Shown here: piece by piece, positions 49,388-61,774 of the stretch | Numbering within the stretch: the stretch's first letter is position 1 | How the letters are laid out: each line of letters opens with the position of its first letter | Source: Macrostomum hystrix | Lineage: Eukaryota > Animalia > Platyhelminthes | Direction: 5' to 3' | DNA: 64,000 bases | NCBI GenBank assembly: GCA_950097015.1 | Contig: CATNEN010000007.1 | Span: forward strand, 9,858,001 to 9,922,000 | Made by a program: the position numbers and the translations under genes | The notes under the pieces: generated by a model | The model's database searches: none | Told to the model about the DNA's origin: nothing | What the model saw: only the letters and a program-made list of their open reading frames with translations

Positions 49388-49573
49388 AATGAAGCTTAAT
49401 AAGGTAGCTTAGTACATGAAGTACTAGTATCGCTTTTTGAAATCGCTGAACTCAGGTGGCGGAGGCAGTTGGCACCGATGACCCTGGGTCTCAGCTGAAA
49501 GTTAATGTGCGATACGATTAAGCATGGCCAGTATTTAATTAAAATAATTACTAAGTTATCGACAAAGGTCTTT

Positions 49574-49642
49574 TCAGACTGGTAGGTGGTAGATAAACCT
49601 GTCCTCATTATTCAATAGGAGTGGTGCATGTTTTATCATCAT
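49574..49642 (-). ncRNA. C/D box snoRNA, copy 2 (paralog of 48285-48354)
   Basis: ATGATGA ... CATGCACCACT ... ATGAGGA ... ACCACCTACCAG-T-CTGA; short terminal stem. Confidence 0.8.
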
Positions 49643-49871
49643 AAAAGGTAAAAACTAGGTGAGGCCTAGTGACACCGATAGAAGTCAAGGATTGTCAGAT
49701 GATAAAGCTTTAATCAACTTACGAGTACATCAATTCGATCCAACGCCGAGAGGCATCGACCCAAACAATAGCATGGGCACCGGCTGCTGAAAGCAAAAAA
49801 GTAGTTTAGGTGATTTCCGCACTATTTGATTAGGTTAGCAAGTTATTTCTACAAGTAATTAAATCAATAGT

Positions 49872-49941
49872 TCAGCCTGGTAGGTGGTTGGTAAATAAAG
49901 AGTCTTCATGTTAACTCAAGAGTGGTGCATGAAATCATCAT
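49872..49941 (-). ncRNA. C/D box snoRNA, copy 3 (paralog of 48285-48354)
   Basis: ATGATGA ... CATGCACCACT ... ATGAAGA ... ACCACCTACCAGG-CTGA. Confidence 0.8.
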
Positions 49942-52900
49942 AGTAGAATCGACAAAGATTGAATGTATGATCTGACCTACTGAATTATCACGGACTAATC
50001 GAACATTATAATTAAGCTCTACGTCAGGGAAAAGCTAACTTTTGTGAAGAAGAAATAAGACAAAACGTTTGATTAGCAAACTTACAACAAGCAACAGGCA
50101 ACTCGCTGTTGATACATAGCTTTTTTTAGTCTTGTTCAATGACAAAGCAGGGCAACTTAACTTTGGGGCAGGCAGCGCAGACGAAAAACAGTGAGGAGCC
50201 CACTTAAAAGCTCTGTCCACACAGGGTTGAAGCGGGGTTTTGGGCACGAGAGGGTAGAAAGGAGTGGCTTGGGAGACTTGGCGTACAGTGGGTTGAAAGA
50301 TAAGAGAAAAAATCGATAATGAGTCAGAGAAGCGTAGAGCGTAGGACTGTCGGTAACCAGTGTACAGTAAAAGCGAAAAATCGATAAGATTCTAGGCAGG
50401 GGAAGGTGGCCTAGGCCTAGAGGGTTCGGGGTGTGGGCCAACCAAAACGCAAGGTGGCTTGTGCAAATTAAAAATCCAGACAAGTAATTGAGACTATTTT
50501 TACTTGTGACTAAGCGTTCCGTTGTCTGGCCTGGGGTGAGCGCGTCAAAGCCAGACTGCTGTGGTCAAAGCAGGCTGAGGCTCGGGCAAAACTTGTGACG
50601 AGGAATTAACAGCACAAAGCAACTCTCAGGCTCCAGAGTTAGCACTTCATGTTGCCAACTGAAAATGATGTGCTGGGGTCAGGAGCTATGTGTTATGGGT
50701 AATGGGTCTATTCTACACTCTAGATAAACTCAGGAAACTCACTTGTAATGTGGTAAACTACATGTTTACCACCTGAGCGTCAGTTAAAAACCTTGATAAT
50801 ATCGGAATGCACTCTGTTAACGAAAACGTGATGTATTTTTGCTGAGCACAAGGCAAGGCCAGGCCGCCACAGTAAATTCCATGCCAGCTTTACGCAGACT
50901 CAAAATAAGTCATGGACAAAGCTAAAAAGTCTCGTCACTCATCTTTGTAGTGTATTAATATTAATGCAAGCAAGCAGTAGGCAGTAGGATGGAAAAATCG
51001 TAGTCTACTGTCAACCCAGGGATTATCGAGATTGGGATATCTCAGCCTAAGATAACCCAGGTAAATCCGAGTATTTTTAATGGGTTTCGAATACGAATCG
51101 AATATGATCGCAAGTAAGATCTAACAATTACCAGCTGCCAGAAAATACGAAATCACTAGCAAATGAGTTAATTGCACTTGTTGAAATTGTAACTTGTAAT
51201 GGTCTAAAGAAACGTTTTTATGTACTTTTTAGCAAAGTGTACTTAGTTAATTTATTAGGTTATTTTTCATAAGAATTTTGATGGCAACATTACTTAAGTA
51301 CTATTGTTCATAATTGTACTGCCACAATTAGGCAGAATAGGTGACAGGCATTCCTATCAATAATTCTGGGACTGCTAACCCTAGAAGGCAGTAGCCATTA
51401 GGCACTGCTGGAAATGAGAAAAATATATACGAGTACAATTATAAGATTATATCAATCGATATGTTTTCCTTGTCTTGCCATCGTGTGTGACAGGGCTTAT
51501 TACTCTATCTTTCTCTCTTGGTAGCGTAATACTCAGGCCCATCTTATTCGTTCTTCCTTTCTTAGTTCTGCACGTATTTCGCTATGCTTTAAGCTGGAGG
51601 CCCTGAAAAGGGCCGTTTTAACTTTACGAATTTTACTTTGTGGGACTGCTAAAGGTAGCGCTTGCACTTGGCACGAGCGATTTATCCTTCAAAGGCACTG
51701 GTCTCTTATTCTCCCATCTTTATTAGACATTTATCCAGTATAAGAGGGTCACAAACTTATTCTCTGCTATTCTCAATGCAATGAACACAGCTCCTTCTTA
51801 CAATGACTAACACAAGTTTACTACTTAAAGATTTTCTTTAGTTTTTGCCTTTATTCTTAGGCTCATTGGCGAGTTCAATTTTATTGTAGAACAGGCTCTC
51901 CTTTAATGCTGTTGTGGACTAACATTTGTTTTAAAGGAAACATTCTCACAGAATATAAAATATTTCAAATATACTGTAAACTTTGAAGATAGGTTTGAGT
52001 GCAAATTTGATTTCTTTAGGCTACTAAAATGCTTGGGTATAAAATTGAGCACTAGGCTGCTACACTTGCCATACATAATTGCATTATACCCAATAAATAA
52101 GCCAGAAGTCTTCTGTTTATCTAGCTATTTAGCATACAGAATCAATTTAGCACAGAAATTTGAAATTTGAAATCTCAGAAATTAATGCAGAATCAAGGAA
52201 GATCAACCTGTAGTGTGTGTAGTTCATGCACTCAAATAAAAATGTTCATTGTTTATTTACAAACATACAGAGACAATTACTAAAATAATTCTTCGAGATA
52301 TAGAGATAATATAGAAAGCATTGCTAGGCTTAAAGTGCTTTGAGCCTGGATGGGACCAATTAACATTGTTTCTGACATACAATTAGAGGCCTGTCCATTA
52401 CTGTCTGCAAAAGTATTAGTGCTGCCAATGGACTATTGGAGCAACAGGCAAAGGGAACTTTGGCTACATATCTGAAGGTCTACCAGACATATCGAAAATA
52501 TGCTACCAGACATGTCTAAACTACACTACCAGATATCTAAATTAGGCTACCAGACAATATTATTAAAGTAGGGAGTTCTCAGAAGGGGGTATGTAGAAAG
52601 TCACTGCCTATAGAGCTTTTTGAAGGTTTAGAGTTTAGACTTTAGTTTATTAAAATGTCTTACATGGTGGAAGCTAAATAGGCATATCTATAGGCAGCTA
52701 ATCGGCATAGCCAGTAAGAGAGAATTATTCTTGCAACTTACAAAATTATTTTTTTATGTAGTAAAAATAATAAAAAAAGTGCATATAGGCCCCTATAATA
52801 TTTTGCATAGCAAAATTAATCATACAGGAATTTCTGCATAGTATTTTGACACTTACAAAGAAAATGATTGGGGTTGACTTATTACCAACTAGATTTTGGC

Positions 52901-53540
52901 TTTACAAACTCGTGCAAATCTAATTCGGTTCTTTGGATTTGTAAAGAAACAGAGAGCTTGCAGGCTGCAGGCATTCAGCCATTCACCAAGATTTTTTGTG
53001 CGCACAGCAGCCTTTACCCAGTTTTTTATTACATGCATGGCGTAGTTAAGAACTCTAAACTCTTTTGTTTATTGTTAAATGTAAACAAAACTTTATCAAG
53101 GACCTTCTAACTACAGGTAGTAGAATATCTATTTTACTACTACTATGAATCAGCTGCTAGAATTAATTGGTAGGGGCCTACCTATCGGGCATTTAGCTAC
53201 ATGTTATATACTAGCATATAATATGTACTAACATAATATGTCATTCTAATTCTAGCTCAGAGATATTATTTTATTATGTTTCCCGATTGACATTCACATT
53301 CAAACAAGAGCATTGTAACTTAAAAAATAACAATTTAATTACATCGAAACTGATGCAACTAAGATGACGTTCCAAAAATAGAAGTTATTTTTAATATAAA
53401 ATATAAATAAAATATAAATATAAATATAAAATATAAAATAACTTCTATTTTTGTGAATGCGTAAATTAATTACACACCTTTAAGTTTGCTCCTATCTCCG
53501 CAGTGTACTTTCTTGTACTTTCAAAAATAAACTTCTAGCA

Positions 53541-53830
53541 TCAATCGCAATGAAAATTGGCAAAACCTCTGATGCAATCTATTTGATCAGATGTGTAAAA
53601 TTTCAGACTGATTCATCAAAGCGTCTGCGATTCATTCAAGGCTAAAGTGTTTTTCGTATATCTCCGTAGAGTATTTTAGAGAGCCAGCTTGACATCGCAG
53701 GCAGACACTTCTACTGAATCAATCGCAATGAAAATTGGCAAAACCTCTGATGCAATCGAGTTGATCAGATGTGTAAAATTTCAGACTGATTCATCAAAGC
53801 GTCTGCGATTCATTCAAGGTTAAAGTGTTC
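53541..53830. repeat. ~110-bp direct duplication, probably within a small DNA-transposon remnant
   Basis: TCAATCGCAATGAAAATTGGC...CATTCAAGG.TAAAGTGTT at ~53541-53651 and ~53719-53829. Confidence 0.8.
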
Positions 53831-54144
53831 GCGTCAAAAAAACTGGCATATATTGCAGATGGGGCGCTTTAAAGTTAATAAAGAATCTTGCTCGTGGCAC
53901 CAATGCATGATCAAGGACTAATAATATAAGCTAATAAACTAAAAGCTGACGACTAGTGGTCCTTGTGCATGATGTATCAGTTTTTTATCTAGGGTTTTGT
54001 ACAGCAAAAACGAACAGATTTTTATGAACAGGGTTATGAACAAGTCATTATAAAGAGTAGAGTAAGTCTTTGTCACTTTAGCGGCGAAATTCGTAATATC
54101 TGCATAGAAACCATAAAATCTGGTATATTTTCACGAGGGCTTTT

Positions 54145-54517
54145 TTCCAAAAACATCCCGAATATAACATGCAAAAGTTTCGCATTTTATCCTGCGATAA
54201 CATGCATGTTACCGTGTTACAGAATTCGAGCTTCTATGAAAGTAAATCGTGAAAGCAAACGTATAAATTGTAACTAGCTTATTGTTACTACATGTAAGTG
54301 TTACTTTGCAGGTCCTGTGATGTATGTCTAATTGTTATAGTTTTGCATTTCTATAGTATTTGGACTTATATTTCAAGCCGCTGAAAGTATTCATTAATAT
54401 AAGATGACATAATTAATAAGTTATAATAAATTATAATGTAACTGTAACACGGTAACATGTTATCGCAGGAAAAATATGCGAAACTTTTGCATGTTTCATT
54501 CGGGATGTTTTTGGAAA
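54145..54517. mobile_element. MITE-like element with ~75-bp inverted repeats
   Basis: TTCCAAAAACATCCCGAA..GTTACCGTGTTACAG (54145-54222) is the near reverse complement of 54442-54517. Confidence 0.6.
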
Positions 54518-55591
54518 ACAGAGGCGATTTTCACAGACAGCACGTTATTTATCGCGATCGAACTTTTTAGGCACCATGACAACAAAAATATATGTAAGTA
54601 TAAAATATAACCGACTCAATTACTCAAATATCTACCAAAATTTTACATTAGGAGTGCTTTCTTTGGAATAAAATCTGCATTTTAAATAAATTTAAGCTGC
54701 TGTCATGGCTAGTCGAAGACATTGCAAAAGAACTAAAAGAATTGCTAATACGCAATTAGCAAAAATGCGCAATGATAAATTTTAGTGCTGCTCAGCACCG
54801 CACCAGCATGTATATCATGATTTATAAATTAGACGATTCGTCAAAATTTGTGCCAAAAGAACGATGGCAGCAGGTTTTCTCACTTAAAACTTATCCGTAT
54901 AACCCAGGAAAATAGTAATTGTACATTGCGTACTGGCTGCATGGCAACTCGCCATCATTGCGGATTTGAGTACTGCTCACTTACTCAGAGCTGCTGTCAT
55001 CAGCTTTGCCTGTGCAGGAACAAGTACAAAAACTAAAGATCTGAAAGGCAACCGATCTAATTTACGGCACAATGAGCAAATGGGTATGGAATGCATCCTA
55101 AACTTTTACTTTTACTTTTCATGTTGACGAATGTATAAAAAGCCAAAATGTAACAAAAAAACTGACTACAGAAAAGTCTATAATGCGTTGCGAACACCAA
55201 AAAGAGAAAGTCGCAGAAAAATCAATAAAGAGATAGAATAGAAAGTGATTCCTACATTAATTACTAGGCAGAAAATGCTAAAGCCTCTAACAGGCTTGCT
55301 ACTTTACTGGGATAAATATATAGCAAGTTTAAAGTCGTCAGTGATACAGATCAGGCGATCAAAAACTGAATAACGTTCAACACGGGCTCCCTTAATTCCA
55401 GCACAGCTGCTGCTTAACAAATCTGCTAATCAACGCCAAGTCACTGGGAGCCAAAGATAAATGTATCCGACAAGAGATTAAGAAAGGATCAAATTGAACA
55501 GTGGTGACAGACGGAAGGTAGTGAGAACAGAAGTGCCAAGCAGCGGAGACAAGTGAGGCTGGGATCCAGTGGGACGATCGCAGAGAAGCTG

Positions 55592-58021
55592 CTAGCTGCT
55601 GCAGTCTTGAACCTCCTCGGTCTTGCAGTCGTCAGTCGGCACTGGCAGCAGGGCCTCCTGCGGCTTCTCCTGGTAGTCCCCAGCAGCAGTGACAGTCTTC
55701 TGCTGCTCCTCGAGGAACAGGGAGCGCGATGGCGCGGCCTCCAGCTCCTCCTGGGTGAGCACGCGCACAGCGTACTCGCCATCGATGTCAGCCAGTCCGT
55801 GTACCTCCACCGGCTTGTTGCCCTTCAGCAGGCGGGCCAGGTAGGACGTGATTGGCGGTGTAATCACCTGGCCAGGAACCAGCACCGGGATGCCGGGCGG
55901 GTAGGCCAGCACCTGGTCGCAGCAGACGCGGCCGTTCAGCGCTGTGTTCGGTCTGAGGGGGAGAGGGCGGATGCCGGGCTGCATGAAGTGCCGGATGCAG
56001 GAGTTGCTGAGGCAGCATCAAGGTTCCGTTCCGTTGCTGAAGCAGCAAGTTATTGATCAGCGAGTTATTAATAAAATCAGTCAACCCACCGTCCGTCATC
56101 GTCCAGCAGGTAGAGGAGCTCGCCAGACTCATAGAAGGCGTTTCGCGGCAGGCAGGCCAGCCGGCTGAAGTGTGGCACCTCGGCCATGCGGTAGGACTGC
56201 TTGGGCGCGCGGCGTCGGTCCTTGGCCAGGCGCAGCATGGCGTCGCATAGGCGAGACACTTTGCTGCGCGTGGTGCCAACGCCTAGCAGCAGCGTCAGCG
56301 TACTGAATGTCGACTTCTCGCCCTGGATGTTGAACCGATCGAACAGAATCTGCAGTGCGGATAGTTTCGAAGAATTTTTTAAATCAGTTCACGCTACATG
56401 AAGCCATGGTCTATTCGCACTCTGCAGTTCTTTAACTGTACGAGTACCTGCTGCAGTTCGTCAGCGCTGTAGCCCGACTTGGAAATGTCCACGGTTAGCT
56501 TGGTCGGATCCAAACGAACGCTGTCGTTGCGGACCTCGTCTGGCAGCAGGTCGTCAATGTCCAGCACTCGGAACACGCCTGTGGAGTTGATCTTCTGGCG
56601 CAGCTCGGTGGCCAGCTTGAGCGTGCGGTCAAGCAGCTTGTAGCCCTCCATCACGGCCTGCTTCCGGCCGACGTCCAGGCTGGCGATGAGAGCGTACTGC
56701 GGACTTGTTGATGCGTACATGTTAAAGTTCTCACGGAAGAGGTGCTCGTCAAAGTCCGGATCATTGACGTGGACCATGCTGGCCTGGGAGAAGGACGTCA
56801 GCGTCTTATGGATGCTCTGTGTGACGTAGTCGGCTCCGCACTCCAGGGCTGTAGGCCGAAAGGCCGGGTGAAAGCGAGCAAATGCGTACCAGGCCTCGTC
56901 TATGATCACCTGCGAAAATTTTTATTGATGAACTCTATGTGAGTCAATGTTAAGCCCATCTATTCAACGGAGCGAGAAGACCAGAAGAGAACAAAGATTG
57001 GGAGTACCAAAGATCTCACCTTAATTCCCGCCTTGTGAGCAGCCTCTATGATAGGCTTGAGGTCGTACAGCATGCCATCGTAGGTGCAGCAGGTGAGAAT
57101 GAGCGCCTTAGCATCCGGGTTCTCCTCGATAGCGCGAAAAATGGTGGCCTTTGGCACTGGGCCGAAGATACCGAACTCACGGCAGACGGAGGAGTCAAGG
57201 TACACGGGCCGGGCGTCTGCCAGGATGACGCCGTGATGGACGGACTTGTGGCAGTTGCGGTCCAGAAGCAGCTTGTCACCCGGAGTAAGCAAAGTTTGGA
57301 AGATGATCTTGTTGGTGGTGGAGGTGCCGTTGGTGGCGAGGTAGGTCTTGCGAGCGCCAAAGGCCTTGGCGGCCAGAGCCTGCGCGGTGGCGATGACACC
57401 AGTTGGGTGCAGCAGCGAGTCCAGCATGGGCACGGACACGGACAGGTCGGCGCGGAGAAGGTTCTCGCCGACAAACTCATAAAAGTCGCTGACCCAGGGC
57501 GAGTTCTTCAGCGAGTCGCCGCCAGAGTGGCCGGGCGAATGCCAGGAGTCCTTGGCCATGCGCACGTAGGACTGCAGAGCGTCGTAGAATGGCGTGGCCG
57601 ATTTCTCGGCAAGCTCGGCGGACAAAATGCGGAACCAGCCGTGGTAGTCGGGCTCGTCCCGGTCAAAGTAGCCGTCAACGGCGTGACTCACGAGCTCCTC
57701 CACCATGGCTCGCTCGTCATCGCTAAGCACAACGTAAAGCGACAGCTCTGGCCGCCAGGTATTGATTCGGTTGGCGAGGTTCAAGGCCGCCTGGCAATCG
57801 CCGGCACTGGCCAGCGACTTGTCGATCACCACAAGCTGCAGGTCGCCGTCGGCCTTGACCGTCAGCATTGCTTCGTCAGCGGTATGCGCGGACACGAAGG
57901 AGATGCCAAACGGGTTGTCAAGGCGGTCGATGGCCGAGGCCAGGCCAGTCAGCGTCGGCTCCAGCCAACTGGCGTCGCTACTTACCATCAGGACGCGGCT
58001 CACCGGTTTCAGCGAAGGCAT
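55592..58021 (-). CDS. Bacterial-type Orn/Lys/Arg decarboxylase (PLP fold type I with N-terminal receiver-like wing domain), 694 aa; exons 58021-57020, 56909-56448, 56349-56090, 55952-55592
   Basis: Motifs HSPGHSGG, TNGTSTTN, DRNCHKS, CTYDG, DEAW, TQSIHK (PLP lysine), STSPQY, LDPTKLT and YPPGIPVLVPG. Three GT-AG introns (110, 98 and 137 bp) restore one continuous frame. Confidence 0.93.
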
Positions 58022-58114
58022 CAGGATCGCAGTCTCTGCTGTGGGACCGGGGCAGGTTGAAAAACGATTTCATTTCCAAGCTGCTTATTGGCACAGGTTC
58101 TCAAGGTAGTATGT

Positions 58115-60975
58115 ATCAGGGTAGCTACTGTTTCTGCTAACATCAGAGTGGCTACTGTTTCTGCTAACATCAGGGTGGCTACTGTTTCTGTTAACATCAG
58201 GGTGGCTACTGTTTCTGCTAACGTCAGGGTGGCTACTGTTTCTGCTAACATCAGGGTGGCTACTGTTTCTGCTAACATCAGGGTGGCTACTGTTTCTGCT
58301 AACGTCAGGGTGGCTACTGTTTCTGCTAACATCAGAGTGGCTACTGTTTCTGCTAACATCAGGGTGGCTACTGTTTCTGCTAACATCAGGGTGGCTACTG
58401 TTTCTGCTAACGTCAGGGTGGCTACTGTTTCTGCTAACATCAGCGTGGCTACTGTTTCTGCTAACATCAGGGTAGCTACTGTTTCTGCTAACATCAGGGT
58501 GGCTACTGTTTCTGCTAACATCAGGGTGGCTACTGTTTCTGCTAACATCAGGGTAGCTACTGTTTCTGCTGACATCAGGGTGGCTACTGTTTCTGCTAAC
58601 ATCAGGGTAGCTACTGTTTCTGCTAACATCAGGGTGGCTACTGTTTCTGCTAACATCAGGGTGGCTACTGTTTCTGCTAACGTCAGGGTGGCTACTGTTT
58701 CTGCTAACATCAGCGTGGCTACTGTTTCTGCTAACATCAGGGTAGCTACTGTTTCTGCTAACATCAGGGTGGCTACTGTTTCTGCTAACATCAGAGTGGC
58801 TACTGTTTCTGCTAACATCAGGGTGGCTACTGTTTCTGTTAACATCAGGGTGGCTACTGTTTCTGCTAACATCAGGGTGGCTACTGTTTCTGCTAACGTC
58901 AGGGTGGCTACTGTTTCTGCTAACATCAGCGTGGCTACTGTTTCTGCTGACATCAGGGTGGCTACTGTTTCTGCTAACATCAGGGTGGCTACTGTTTCTG
59001 CTAACATCAGCGTGGCTACTGTTTCTGCTGACATCAGGGTGGCTACTGTTTCTGCTAACATCAGAGTGGCTACTGTTTCTGCTAACATCAGAGTGGCTAC
59101 TGTTTCTGCTAACATCAGGGTGGCTACTGTTTCTGCTAACATCAGGGTGGCTACTGTTTCTGTTAACATCAGGGTGGCTACTGTTTCTGCTAACGTCAGG
59201 GTGGCTACTGTTTCTGCTAACATCAGGGTGGCTACTGTTTCTGCTAACATCAGGGTGGCTACTGTTTCTGCTAACATCAGGGTGGCTACTGTTTCTGCTG
59301 ACATCAGGGTGGCTACTGTTTCTGCTAACATCAGGGTGGCTACTGTTTCTGCTAACATCAGGGTGGCTACTGTTTCTGCTAACATCAGGGTGGCTACTGT
59401 TTCTGCTAACGTCAGGGTGGCTACTGTTTCTGCTAACATCAGGGTGGCTACTGTTTCTGCTAACATCAGGGTGGCTACTGTTTCTGCTAACATCAGAGTG
59501 GCTACTGTTTCTGCTGACATCAGGGTGGCTACTGTTTCTGCTAACATCAGGGTGGCTACTGTTTCTGCTAACATCAGGGTGGCTACTGTTTCTGCTAACA
59601 TCAGGGTGGCTACTGTTTCTGCTAACGTCAGGGTGGCTACTGTTTCTGCTAACATCAGGGTGGCTACTGTTTCTGCTAACATCAGGGTGGCTACTGTTTC
59701 TGCTAACATCAGGGTGGCTACTGTTTCTGCTAACATCAGGGTGGCTACTGTTTCTGCTAACGTCAGGGTGGCTACTGTTTCTGCTGACATCAGGGTGGCT
59801 ACTGTTTCTGCTAACGTCAGGGTGGCTACTGTTTCTGCTAACATCAGGGTGGCTACTGTTTCTGCTAACATCAGAGTGGCTACTGTTTCTGCTAACATCA
59901 GGGTGGCTACTGTTTCTGCTAACATCAGGGTGGCTACTGTTTCTGCTAACATCAGGGTAGCTACTGTTTCTGCTGACATCAGGGTGGCTACTGTTTCTGC
60001 TAACATCAGAGTGGCTACTGTTTCTGCTAACATCAGGGTGGCTACTGTTTCTGTTAACATCAGGGTGGCTACTGTTTCTGCTAACATCAGGGTGGCTACT
60101 GTTTCTGCTAACATCAGCGTGGCTACTGTTTCTGCTAACGTCAGGGTGGCTACTGTTTCTGCTAACATCAGAGTGGCTACTGTTTCTGCTAACATCAGGG
60201 TGGCTACTGTTTCTGCTAACGTCAGGGTGGCTACTGTTTCTGCTAACATCAGCGTGGCTACTGTTTCTGCTAACATCAGGGTGGCTACTGTTTCTGCTAA
60301 CATCAGGGTGGCTACTGTTTCTGCTAACATCAGGGTGGCTACTGTTTCTGCTAACATCAGAGTGGCTACTGTTTCTGCTAACATCAGAGTGGCTACTGTT
60401 TCTGCTAACATCAGGGTGGCTACTGTTTCTGCTAACATCAGAGTGGCTACTGTTTCTGCTAACATCAGGGTAGCTACTGTTTCTGCTAACATCAGGGTGG
60501 CTACTGTTTCTGCTAACATCAGGGTGGCTACTGTTTCTGCTAACATCAGGGTAGCTACTGTTTCTACTAACATCAGAGTGGCTACTGTTTCTGCTAACAT
60601 CAGGGTAGCTACTGTTTCTGCTAACATCAGGGTGGCTACTGTTTCTGCTAACATCAGGGTGGCTACTGTTTCTGCTAACATCAGGGTAGCTACTGTTTCT
60701 GCTAACATCAGGGTGGCTACTGTTTCTGCTAACATCAGGGTGGCTACTGTTTCTGCTAACATCAGGGTGGCTACTGTTTCTGCTAACATCAGGGTGGCTA
60801 CTGTTTCTGCTAACATCAGGGTGGCTACTGTTTCTGCTAACATCAGGGTGGCTACTGTTTCTGCTAACATCAGGGTAGCTACTGTTTCTGCTAACATCAG
60901 GGTAGCTACTGTTTCTGCTAACATCAGGGTAGCTACTGTTTCTACTAACATCAGGGTGGCTACTGTTTCTACTAG
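58115..60975. repeat. 27-bp satellite (CAGGGTGGCTACTGTTTCTGCTAACAT)n, ~105 copies
   Basis: Highly homogeneous direct tandem repeat. Confidence 0.97.
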
Positions 60976-61774
60976 CAGGAACATGCTGGTTTTTCTTACA
61001 ATTGCAGTTATTCAGAACGCATGAATGAACGAAGCGCGAATTACTACAATTCCTCAATCATGAATAGGCCATAATTCAAAGGATGACATTTTTAAATCTA
61101 TTTCTTATAACAAAAGAGAACAGTGAATAAGGTAAAACAGTGAATAAGGTGGAATACTAGAGCGAGATGGGTATGGAACATTTTTAGGAAGTAGGCACAT
61201 GAACAAAATAAAACGCTCTAGGCTACAAATGGAATCCTTTTCGCATAAAAAAGAATAATTTTCACATCATCCTACTGTTAGTAGTTTAAAATAAAAAGTG
61301 GCACATAAAACATAAATAAAATAGGCCGAGACCAGTATCAGCCAACCAAAGCAAAGGAAGACGGGGCCGATTCAAATTCGGAATGAGCGGCTCAGGTGCA
61401 CAGTTGAGGCTGCGGTGTGGGGCAACGGAATAGTAATGATTGAGTAAAAAAGACTGCGCACAGATAAAAACAGGTTTCGTTGGTCAGCGCAATGGAAAGC
61501 AGCAACAGGATGAGAACATTGTACCCTTTAGTCTACGGCCGAATACAGAGAGCGCATACTCTAGCCGTGTTTTATTTGAGTGAATAATACATATAAGAAC
61601 GAGCAAGACTAGCGAGCGATTAAAACAATAAATATACAAAATACAAACAATTACCCAACTCGACTAATTTCTAAATCAGTTAAAGATGCACAGAATACTT
61701 GGGACTGCCAACAGTGGGGTTCTGTCCCGAGCCAAAAAATATAAATTTTACCTTTGCTGCCAGTAAGTCCCGAG

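Noticed and set aside
49695-49770. Fifth C/D snoRNA candidate (minus-strand CTGA)
   Set aside because: No acceptable box C at the proper distance and no recognisable rRNA complementarity.
55592-58021. Bacterial contamination as the source of the decarboxylase
   Set aside because: Three canonical spliceosomal introns, no operon neighbours and host-type satellites directly upstream.
57035-58060. 341-aa plus-strand ORF (and similar antisense ORFs over DEPDC1, PDSS1, EF-hand and zinc-finger exons)
   Set aside because: Antisense shadows of GC3-rich coding exons.
58021-61057. ~980-aa repeat proteins (LAETVATLM, SRNSSHPDV, RVATVSANI) and a TGATG stop/start overlap with the decarboxylase suggesting bacterial-style translational coupling
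   Set aside because: Three frames are open simply because the 27-bp unit lacks stops in them. A splice acceptor just before the ATG is a simpler explanation, and the overlap is likely chance.
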